Below are positions 35,325 to 43,215 of a DNA stretch of 64,000 bases, in pieces. Location: contig JBDRAV010000003.1 in the NCBI GenBank assembly GCA_043823435.1, positions 96,366 through 160,365 on the forward strand, in the 5' to 3' direction. The notes under the pieces are model-generated. The model was given only the letters and a program-made list of their open reading frames with translations. It did no database searches and was not told where the DNA came from. The first letter of the stretch is position 1; each line of letters begins with the position of its first letter. This DNA is from Candidatus Omnitrophota bacterium (GTDB lineage Bacteria > Omnitrophota > Gorgyraeia > Gygaellales > Profunditerraquicolaceae). Both the position numbers and the translations under genes were made by a program.

Positions 35325-37297
35325 AATACCTTCTTTATCGCTTCTTTAACCAGAAGGTTATCCTTAAGGGTATTTATCACGGGGCGCTCCAGCATTATCC
35401 GGTTGACTTCCGCGGAAAGGTTATCAGCTTGCGTTAAATATATATATCTCTTTTCGGCAAAATACTCAAGGAACCTGCGGTGCTTACTGTTTAGGCCCGG
35501 GGAATCAAAGACCACCACGTATCTTGCGCTGCTTACCGCCTCAGAGATCATGGATATGCTTTCGGCGGAGATAATGACGATATCGCTTAAGGCCAGTATC
35601 CCGGCTACCGCATCCGGGATATTCTTTTCATTGGCAATGATCAGAAGCTTGCATGCGGGATAATCAATGAATTCTTCCTTTAGTAAACTTTCAACCGCAA
35701 CCGGTGTCCTGCGCGAAGTAGTGACCATCAATTCTGCCCCAAACTTCTCTATGCCCATCTTGATCTGCCGCGATACTTCCTTCACCAAACCTGCATTCAA
35801 ATGAAAAGCCTTGGCATCACCGCCCACCAATACGCCCAATACCGGCACTTTACCGGCCTGAACACCCAGCTCTTTAAGGGCCTCTCCGGCCCTTTTCAGG
35901 CGATCTTCATTGATTGAATTTAACGCGCCTTCAATCACCGCGACATTCTTTCTTTCGGGGTGGCGGTGGCTTCGGCTATCGGCAACCAAACCAGGGCCCC
36001 CTGGCAGGTCATGCCGACTCATTACCACTAGGTCAAACCTGTTCGTACTTAATATAGAGGGTCGCATGAGCACTATCGATTTAGCCAGGCTCTCCCTTGA
36101 AATGACATAATTAACAGGTGCGACTGATGTCCCACAGGAGATCACTATGTCCGGTTTAATACTTATCAATTCCTTATAGATTTCTTCTTTCAATAACTTC
36201 TTCAGGCACCCCTGACAGGAGTATTTACCTGATAACACGCAGCTTGCGGCCATGGCAACGCGGGAATATTTACCCCTGAACTTTATCTCTACCGCATTAA
36301 CGCTTGTACTTATGCCTTTCTCGCGCAGGGAATCACTGACTATACCGGCAATCCCCTCAGACTGCCTGAGGTGCCCGGCCTTACCGTCGCTTAAGATCAA
36401 AATATTCCGCTCTCTGCTATATTTCCATATCTTGTACGACCAAAGGTAATCCCGCGGATATTTTACAATATACCTTTCAAATAAGGCCGTCAACGCCTGC
36501 AGATTATCATTTATATCCTTTTCCGGGTCGCCCGTTTTCTTGATTTCAAATGGCGGCTCAACAAAGGCCTTTATGTAGGGTCCTTTTACCCGCGTGTAAA
36601 AGGAAGGGATAATGCAGGCGTCATATTTCAGGGCGAGCCTCACCGCGCCCGAGGGCATAGAAGCGTATTTACCGAAAAATTTTACCTGCGTGCCCGACTT
36701 ACCGCCCTGGTCCGCGGTCATCCCTATCGCCTCATTATTCTTAAGCGCCTTTATCAACTCACGGGTCTGATCCTCCTTCTGGATCAACCTGCAGCCCTTC
36801 TGGTTGCGGTATGAATTAAGGAGGCCATTTAAACGCGGGAACTTCTGGACGCGGATAAAGAGGTTAAAAGGAAAACCCAGGTTCGCGCAGATAATGCTCG
36901 AGAGTTCCCAGCTGCCAGCGTGCACGGTGACAAGGATCACTCCCTTGCCTCTCTTGAAACCTTCATCTATATTCTCTTTACCGTAGATAACCGCATATTT
37001 ACTTATGTATGCCGCGTCCATCAGGGGGATCAGCAGTATCTCGACGAGGCTCTGCCCGAATGCCCGGTAAAATTCTTTTGTCAGGCGGTTTAATTCCCGG
37101 GGCGATAACCCCGCGCCGATTGCGGTTTTTATATTCACGTAAGCTATTGCCCTGTGTTTGCGGTCAAGGTAATAAAAAACTTCTCCCATCCTCGCGCCCA
37201 GGAAGATGCTCGCGCTAACAGGCAGACTCCTTATAAGCGGGCCGATGAGCTTAATGAGAAAATAACCCAAGTAATCTACTACGGAATCCTTCTTCAT
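35321..37297 (-). CDS. LpxL/HtrB-type lipid A acyltransferase fused to an ELM1/DUF1022-like domain
   Basis: 658 aa. The N-terminal ~290 aa carry the HAGSWE (Hx4E) acyltransferase motif. The C-terminal half begins ILILSDGKAGHLRQSEGIA, which is typical of DUF1022. Confidence 0.7.
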   Translation of the reverse strand: MKKDSVVDYLGYFLIKLIGPLIRSLPVSASIFLGARMGEVFYYLDRKHRAIAYVNIKTAIGAGLSPRELNRLTKEFYRAFGQSLVEILLIPLMDAAYISKYAVIYGKENIDEGFKRGKGVILVTVHAGSWELSSIICANLGFPFNLFIRVQKFPRLNGLLNSYRNQKGCRLIQKEDQTRELIKALKNNEAIGMTADQGGKSGTQVKFFGKYASMPSGAVRLALKYDACIIPSFYTRVKGPYIKAFVEPPFEIKKTGDPEKDINDNLQALTALFERYIVKYPRDYLWSYKIWKYSRERNILILSDGKAGHLRQSEGIAGIVSDSLREKGISTSVNAVEIKFRGKYSRVAMAASCVLSGKYSCQGCLKKLLKEEIYKELISIKPDIVISCGTSVAPVNYVISRESLAKSIVLMRPSILSTNRFDLVVMSRHDLPGGPGLVADSRSHRHPERKNVAVIEGALNSINEDRLKRAGEALKELGVQAGKVPVLGVLVGGDAKAFHLNAGLVKEVSRQIKMGIEKFGAELMVTTSRRTPVAVESLLKEEFIDYPACKLLIIANEKNIPDAVAGILALSDIVIISAESISMISEAVSSARYVVVFDSPGLNSKHRRFLEYFAEKRYIYLTQADNLSAEVNRIMLERPVINTLKDNLLVKEAIKKVL

Positions 37298-38351
37298 TTT
37301 TTATGATCTTCAATTCTATGCGCAGGAACCATACCGGCAACTTATAGCCGGTAACCGGAAGCTGGTAAAGCCTGGATGCGTCTTTCTCGGTAGTGACCAG
37401 CACGCTTATTCCCGTATCTGTGGATTTGCTAATAATCTCATCCATATCTTTCTGGGTATAATTATAATGGTCGCGGAACCTGAAAGAAGTGCCGATATTC
37501 ACCCCCTGTTTGCTGACCAGCAGCTCAAAAGAAGCGGGGTCCGCTATGGCAGAGAATAAACCCGCGCTCTTACCCGCCAGCATATCCGCCCCCATCAGTT
37601 CACGCGGTTTATCCAGCCTGCAAAATCCCAAAGGGGCATGCGCGGACTCTACCTGAAAGGCCCCCGGATTGATACGCCTCAAATAACCCTTGACCTCATC
37701 TTGTGCCGGGCTAATATTGGCCTTGGTCAGTATAAAGATGTCGGCGCGTTTAAGCGATGAAAGCGGCTCGCGCAATATCCCGCGGGGGATAAGATTACGG
37801 TTCCCGAAAGGGAAGGTACTGTCAACGGCAACTATCTCAAGGTCCTTTTTTATGCGCCACTGCTGCATCCCGTCATCCAAGATCACCGTATCCGCTCCGT
37901 AATCGCGTATTGCCGAATTTCCCGCGCGTATCCTATCATGATCTACTATCACGGGTATATCTTTCAAGTTCATCTGCAGCATATAAGGCTCATCGCCCAT
38001 TGCCTCGGCGTTCGGTGTTCGGTGTTCGGTGTTCGGCCGAGAACCGAGAACCGAGAACCGAGAACCCATTCTTTTATATCCTCTGCTAAGTATCGCTACT
38101 TTATGCCCATGCTCCTTTAAATAGCGCGCAATATACAATACGAGGGATGTCTTCCCTGTCCCGCCCAAAGTAATATTTCCCACGCTGATAACTTTACATC
38201 CCAGCCGGTAAGGTTTAATGCGATAAATAAAGAGTAATATCCTGACAACTAGTCCATAGATAAGAGAGATAAGGTAGAGAAAAGAATTGAGCGTCCCCGC
38301 TACGGGCCCTCTATGTTTATCTGTGGCCAGTTCGTAAATATAACGTAACAT
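37251..38351 (-). CDS. lpxK: tetraacyldisaccharide 4'-kinase
   Basis: P-loop GNITLGGTGKT, SRGY and GDEP motifs. I prefer the start at ATG 38351 (MLRYIYE), which overlaps the stop of the upstream gene (TGATG). The ORF-track start at 38507 lies inside that gene. Confidence 0.85.
   Translation of the reverse strand: MLRYIYELATDKHRGPVAGTLNSFLYLISLIYGLVVRILLFIYRIKPYRLGCKVISVGNITLGGTGKTSLVLYIARYLKEHGHKVAILSRGYKRMGSRFSVLGSRPNTEHRTPNAEAMGDEPYMLQMNLKDIPVIVDHDRIRAGNSAIRDYGADTVILDDGMQQWRIKKDLEIVAVDSTFPFGNRNLIPRGILREPLSSLKRADIFILTKANISPAQDEVKGYLRRINPGAFQVESAHAPLGFCRLDKPRELMGADMLAGKSAGLFSAIADPASFELLVSKQGVNIGTSFRFRDHYNYTQKDMDEIISKSTDTGISVLVTTEKDASRLYQLPVTGYKLPVWFLRIELKIIKNEEGFRSRLLGLFSH
38004..38064. repeat. 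two-armed heptamer palindrome inside lpxK
   Basis: ctcggcg (ttcggtg)x3 ttcgg, then (ccgagaa)x4. The central tcggccga is a perfect 8-nt palindrome. The element encodes GSRFSVLGSRPNTEHRTPNAE. Confidence 0.9.
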
Positions 38352-38623
38352 CAGATCCTTCCCAATAACATCAGTATGCCCATTACGATAAATAATGACG
38401 CCCCGGCATACCTGATAAGCTCGGGCTTTAAATATTTTGCCAGGACAGCTCCCAGAATAACCGATAAAATAGTAACAGCGGCGTAGGCCAAAACAGAGCC
38501 TGCCCATACGGACAAGGGCCTGCCGGATTTCGCAGACATGCTTATCCCCACCAGTTGCGTCTTATCCGCAAGCTCCGCGAAGAACACTGCCGTGAATGTA
38601 GCCATAAATATTTTCCACTCCAT
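38351..38623 (-). CDS. UPF0016 (GDT1/TMEM165) family membrane protein, single-repeat form
   Basis: 90 aa. Three TM helices, an ELADKT (E-x-G-D-K-T-like) motif and an AAAGAGGAG SD. Confidence 0.75.
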   Translation of the reverse strand: MEWKIFMATFTAVFFAELADKTQLVGISMSAKSGRPLSVWAGSVLAYAAVTILSVILGAVLAKYLKPELIRYAGASLFIVMGILMLLGRI

Positions 38624-38691
38624 AATCCGCTCCTCTTTAAAGTGTATCCGTTATGCGTTAATCGGTATCGCAGTTTAAACCGTCAAACGTA

Positions 38692-38718
38692 TTGCGTAAG
38701 TTGTTTCGGGTTACGCAA
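38692..38718. repeat. TTGCGTAA / TTACGCAA inverted repeat containing CGTAAGTTGT
   Basis: Perfect 8-bp arms at 38692-38699 and 38711-38718. The 10-mer cgtaagttgt lies at 38695-38704. Located upstream of the UPF0016-lpxK genes. Confidence 0.7.
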
Positions 38719-38741
38719 ACCGTTAATCTTTTTTGAACCGC

Positions 38742-39722
38742 TTACGTTTTTCTTTGAGACGCCCCTTGCCTATTCTTCAACCCCTTGTCCAGAACCCTTC
38801 TATTCACCATGAAATTACTCCCGGGAAGGCCTTTGAGATATTTTTTCAGTTCTGCAGTAGTATCCATCAGTTCAAAAAGATTCAGGGTCTGGCCCAAAGG
38901 GTTATTCACTATGGCAACGGATAAACTCATCAGCGGCATATCCATGACCTTACCGCTCCTGTCGCTGCTCCTGATAAAACCGCTCTTGCGGTCCTCTTCT
39001 GAATAGCGACCGGGGGCCATAGCGTCAAACTCCCTGATGACATCTTTGGCAATGGGCTCGGCTTTATCGGGAGTGGTGATGAGCACAAAATCATCCCCTC
39101 CTATATGGCCGACAAAATCCTGTTTGTTGCCTATACTCTTGGCGTTCCTGGATATAATCCTGGATGTCTCTAAAATCACTTCATCACCCCGAAGATACCC
39201 GTATTTATCATTATAGGTTTTGAAGTTGTCTATATCCATGTAATGGAATGAAAAATGATCTCCGGAATCAATCCTCTCAATAAGCTCCCTCTGGATAAGT
39301 TTATTCCCGGGCAGGCGCGTCAGGGCGTTTGCGTTAAAGTGGTGCGCGGCGCTGCGTAAGGCCAGTACTATCCTTATCTCCAGGTCTATCGGGTCCGGCG
39401 GTTTGATCAGGTAATCATCCACTCCCTGCTCTATGCTGAGAAGATCCCGCCTTAATTGCCTCTTATCTATCAGGACGATGGTAGGTATATAGGATGTAAG
39501 AAAATCGTTCTTTATCTCCCTGCATATCCGCAGCCCGTTCTTACCCTCGATAGCCGCGTCTATGATAATCAGGCTGGGATTTTCCTTCTTTAATAATTCT
39601 ATTACGTCCTGGCCCTCTTCCAGCACCAGCACCTGGTACTCCCAGGCCTTTAAAAGATAAAGGAGTATCTCGCGTAACTTCGGATCCGGTACTGCCAGGA
39701 CTATTTTGATCTCCTGCGCCAT
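38742..39722 (-). CDS. response-regulator receiver + GGDEF-like domain protein (motif GGDDF)
   Basis: 326 aa. REC domain (IIIDAAIEG, phospho-Asp context) and a GGDEF-type fold (DIDNFKTYND ... HIGGDDFVL). Confidence 0.85.
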   Translation of the reverse strand: MAQEIKIVLAVPDPKLREILLYLLKAWEYQVLVLEEGQDVIELLKKENPSLIIIDAAIEGKNGLRICREIKNDFLTSYIPTIVLIDKRQLRRDLLSIEQGVDDYLIKPPDPIDLEIRIVLALRSAAHHFNANALTRLPGNKLIQRELIERIDSGDHFSFHYMDIDNFKTYNDKYGYLRGDEVILETSRIISRNAKSIGNKQDFVGHIGGDDFVLITTPDKAEPIAKDVIREFDAMAPGRYSEEDRKSGFIRSSDRSGKVMDMPLMSLSVAIVNNPLGQTLNLFELMDTTAELKKYLKGLPGSNFMVNRRVLDKGLKNRQGASQRKT

Positions 39723-40102
39723 CAGATTACTTTCATGTTAATTACGGGGTTCATCTTCAGGGTATTGTGTATCGGGCAGTTTTTAAGAAATTCAAGGAGA
39801 GGGGCCTTGCGGTGCTCATCAATCCCTGCCCCTTTCAAATCTATTGAAACGGATATCTCCTTAAAACCGACTGGTTTCTCTTTTCCGAATTCCGCTTCCG
39901 CGGTAATGCTGAAATCCTTCAAAACAAGTCCTGACCCCCGGAAATATTTCTGGATATACACTCCCAGGCACCCTGCGAGACTGGCTAATAACGCATCCGG
40001 CGGAATAATGCCTTTTCCATTTATGTCCATAACAAACTCGTGTCCTGCGGATTTTACTTTAAATGACGCATCCGGATTGCATGTAACTTCGGCGCGATAC
40101 AT
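39722..40102 (-). CDS. OsmC/Ohr family protein
   Basis: 126 aa. OsmC-like size and two conserved Cys contexts (LAGCLG, KNCPIH). Confidence 0.8.
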   Translation of the reverse strand: MYRAEVTCNPDASFKVKSAGHEFVMDINGKGIIPPDALLASLAGCLGVYIQKYFRGSGLVLKDFSITAEAEFGKEKPVGFKEISVSIDLKGAGIDEHRKAPLLEFLKNCPIHNTLKMNPVINMKVI

Positions 40103-40121
40103 ATATGCCTCCTTTATAAAC

Positions 40122-41006
40122 TTATTGCCTTATCTCTACCCTGAACTCCGTATACACGCCACTCTTCATATCAACCTTGCCGAGGCTATCGCGGTATTTC
40201 AGGCGACGCCTGAAGTTTCCGCCCGTAGAAAGGGAGGCCCGGATATACTTGTTAAAATTATATTTTATGCCGGCGCCTAAATATGACTCACTGTACCTTA
40301 AGACCACATTCTTAGACTCGTTATGTTTTACCTCAAACTCTTTGTTGATGGCCACATTGCCTTCGGCGAACAGGCTTACTTTATCGTTAAGCGCATACGT
40401 AATATTGGGCCGGCGGGGAGCAAGATAAAAGGTGAGCCTGTCGTTGGGTTTATAAATAACCCCCGGTACCGGCAAGACCACATTCGTAAAGTCCGGGAAT
40501 ACGGATACCCCGCACAAGAAGGTCCATTTGGGATCAGGCTGGTAAATGGCAATATAGTAGCTGGGGATACGGAAACTGGATGTGGGGAAATCCCAGCTGT
40601 CGGCATAATAAGACGGCTCAACACCGATCCGTAAATATGTCTTATTGACATTAAAAAAAGGCAGCGTAGTCTGAATCCCAACAGACAAACCTACCAAGCG
40701 CGCAGGCAACTCTACGCTGGATACCGTATTATCTATGCCTATATATCCGGTATTTAAAGATAGGTCTACGGGCAACTTTCCGAATGCCTTGAATCCGTAT
40801 TCATAGGCGAAGTCGGATTTGACTATCCCTACTTTACCGGGGACTGTCCTTACCGTGCGCCTGGGCTCATATCTTACGGTAGAGTCCACTTCGCAATATG
40901 GGTAGCCGTCTGTGTCTTTTTCGTTTTCGGCATTTAAAAAAAGAGGAAACGCCAAAAAGGTAGTTACGATCAACAAAATTAAATAACTCTTTTTCGCGAG
41001 ATTCAT
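40122..41006 (-). CDS. putative outer-membrane beta-barrel protein
   Basis: 294 aa. Signal peptide followed by alternating-hydrophobic, aromatic-rich strands. No family recognised. Confidence 0.5.
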   Translation of the reverse strand: MNLAKKSYLILLIVTTFLAFPLFLNAENEKDTDGYPYCEVDSTVRYEPRRTVRTVPGKVGIVKSDFAYEYGFKAFGKLPVDLSLNTGYIGIDNTVSSVELPARLVGLSVGIQTTLPFFNVNKTYLRIGVEPSYYADSWDFPTSSFRIPSYYIAIYQPDPKWTFLCGVSVFPDFTNVVLPVPGVIYKPNDRLTFYLAPRRPNITYALNDKVSLFAEGNVAINKEFEVKHNESKNVVLRYSESYLGAGIKYNFNKYIRASLSTGGNFRRRLKYRDSLGKVDMKSGVYTEFRVEIRQ

Positions 41007-41031
41007 TGTTATCTAGGTCCTTCCCTTTTAT

Positions 41032-42303
41032 TTAACGCAGATAATCTCTGATATATCCCAGGTTCCTGGCAGTTGCGCCTTTATTTTCTGAAATTACTAA
41101 CTTGGCGCGCTGGCTTAAACGGCCGGCTATATCAGGGTTATTCAATAAATTTCTCATATTTTTAAGAAGCCCCTCCCGGTTATGCGTAACTATGCAGGCT
41201 TCATTATCCAAAAATAATCCAACGATATCGCGGAAATTAAAGGTGTGCGGACCGATGAGCACGGGCTTACCAACGCTTGCCGGCTCAAGGATATTATGCC
41301 CGCCCTTTTTCACCAGGCTCCCCCCCACAAAAACCATATCAGCGATACCGTAAAAATAAATGAGCTCCCCGATCATATCCAAAACGAATACCGGCCTGGC
41401 TACGCAGGCGCAAGGCTTAAGCGCAAGCCCGGAAAACAATCCCGCGCGAAAGCCAAAACGCGATAATATATTTTCTAACTCTGCTGATCTCTCGGGGTGG
41501 CGAGGCGCAATCAGAAGCTTTAACTTAGGCGATTCTTTAATCAGCTCTTTATAAACCTCCAGGATAACCTCTTCTTCCCCGGGATGGGTGCTGCCGCAAA
41601 CCCATAGTTTCTCATCTGCTTTTAAATCCAGGAGTGCCCTGTACTTATCGGCGGTTCCTTCAATATTTTTATCCGCGCAAGCCGCATTATCAAATTTCAT
41701 ATTCCCGGTGACGCGCATCTTATCTCCAGAGACTCCCAGGTAACGCAGCCTCCTGGCATCATCCTCCGTCTGCACACAGAAGAGACTGATCTTATCTAAA
41801 ACCGGTTTAAGTAAAGGTTTTACCGCCAGGTAACCCTTAAATGAACGGTCGGATATCCTGCCGTTTACCAGAATAACGGGCACGCCCTCCTGGTAAAGAG
41901 CGGTGATCAGGTTCGGCCAGATCTCTGTTTCCGCGATGATAAAGAGGGATGGCAGGACCCTCCTTACTACGCTCCTTACGATAAAACTGAAATCCAAAGG
42001 AAGATAGCCGACGAAATCAGCGTCTTTTGCTATGCCCCTTGCGATCTTATTCCCCGTGGAAGTAACCGTGGTGATCAAAAAATTTTTATCCGTTGAGGCC
42101 CTTAACTGCGTAAGGAAGTTCTTTATTGCCATTACCTCCCCCACGCTTACGGCGTGTATCCAGATAGGTTTATCCAGTTTCATCCCGCGGGGGAATATCC
42201 CAAGGCGCATCCAAAACCCCGGATGAAACTTCCTTTTGAAGAGGTATAAAGGCAGATGTGCCAGCGCGACGATTAAGAATATAAGGTCGTAAAATATCCG
42301 CAT
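41032..42303 (-). CDS. waaA: 3-deoxy-D-manno-octulosonic acid transferase
   Basis: 423 aa. KdtA family (IWIHAVSVGE, GGSLVKKGGHNILEP). Confidence 0.9.
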   Translation of the reverse strand: MRIFYDLIFLIVALAHLPLYLFKRKFHPGFWMRLGIFPRGMKLDKPIWIHAVSVGEVMAIKNFLTQLRASTDKNFLITTVTSTGNKIARGIAKDADFVGYLPLDFSFIVRSVVRRVLPSLFIIAETEIWPNLITALYQEGVPVILVNGRISDRSFKGYLAVKPLLKPVLDKISLFCVQTEDDARRLRYLGVSGDKMRVTGNMKFDNAACADKNIEGTADKYRALLDLKADEKLWVCGSTHPGEEEVILEVYKELIKESPKLKLLIAPRHPERSAELENILSRFGFRAGLFSGLALKPCACVARPVFVLDMIGELIYFYGIADMVFVGGSLVKKGGHNILEPASVGKPVLIGPHTFNFRDIVGLFLDNEACIVTHNREGLLKNMRNLLNNPDIAGRLSQRAKLVISENKGATARNLGYIRDYLR

Positions 42304-42312
42304 TTTTATAGG

Positions 42313-43215
42313 CTAAGCCCTGGGGTGCGCTTTATCATACACGCTCTTCAGTCTTTCAGTCGTAAGGTGAGTGTATATCTGGGTAGTGGAGAGATTCACG
42401 TGCCCCAGGAGCTCCTGGACGCTCCTTAAGTCCGCTCCGCGGTTTAAAAGGTGCGTGGCAAAGGAATGCCTTAATGTGTGGGGCGAAACGCCATGCTTGA
42501 GGCTGGCCAGACGGATATATTTACTAACCACACCCCTTATCCCCCTGTCGGTGATGCGTTTTCCGTTCTTATTCAGGAAGAGCGCCTCGGGCTCCTTTTC
42601 TCTCTTCCTTTTATCCAGGTAAGACCTTATCGATGAAAGCGCCATCTCCCCTACCGGCACGATACGCTCCTTCTTGCCCTTACCCAAAACCTTGATTATC
42701 CCGGAGATGAAATCTATATCGGCGATATTCAACCCCACCAACTCGCTCACACGGATACCGGTAGAATAAAATGTCTCTATGACCGCCTTATCCCTATAGT
42801 CCCTCTCACTGACAAGTTTAACCGCTACGATCAATTTTCCGACCTCATCCTCCGTGAGAAATACAGGCAAATGCTTATCCTGTTTTGGGCTGGAGAGGAC
42901 GGTGATAGGATTTGTTTTCAGGTGCCCTTCACGCACGAGGAATTTGAAGAAAGACCTCATAGCAGATAGCCGGCGGCCGACTGACCTGCTGCTTAAGGTT
43001 TTTCCCTTCAGTATTGCCAGGTATTTTCTTAAAAGGAGGTAATCAACCTTATCTAATGCCGTATCTCCCAGGAACTTCTTAAAATCATTCAGGTCCAGCT
43101 TATAGTTACTTATCGTGTGCCGGGAATAATTCTTCTCTATCTCTAAATACCTGATGAACTTCTCAATATATCTATCCATTGTCATTGCCGTTATCGGGCT
43201 CTTTGTCCTCTTCAT
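42313..43215 (-). CDS. xerC: tyrosine recombinase XerC/XerD family
   Basis: 300 aa. Phage-integrase SAM-like N-terminal domain and catalytic R...HxLRH...Y (HTLRHSFATHLL, TQIYTH). The true start may be M11 or M13 (43185 or 43179), which would avoid the overlap with topA. Confidence 0.9.
   Translation of the reverse strand: MKRTKSPITAMTMDRYIEKFIRYLEIEKNYSRHTISNYKLDLNDFKKFLGDTALDKVDYLLLRKYLAILKGKTLSSRSVGRRLSAMRSFFKFLVREGHLKTNPITVLSSPKQDKHLPVFLTEDEVGKLIVAVKLVSERDYRDKAVIETFYSTGIRVSELVGLNIADIDFISGIIKVLGKGKKERIVPVGEMALSSIRSYLDKRKREKEPEALFLNKNGKRITDRGIRGVVSKYIRLASLKHGVSPHTLRHSFATHLLNRGADLRSVQELLGHVNLSTTQIYTHLTTERLKSVYDKAHPRA

Noticed and set aside
42313-43215. A tyrosine recombinase considered as a marker of an integrated mobile element.
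   Set aside because: It sits in the conserved dprA-topA-xerC housekeeping order. It has XerC/D-like motifs. I found no flanking direct repeats, tRNA or phage/IS genes.
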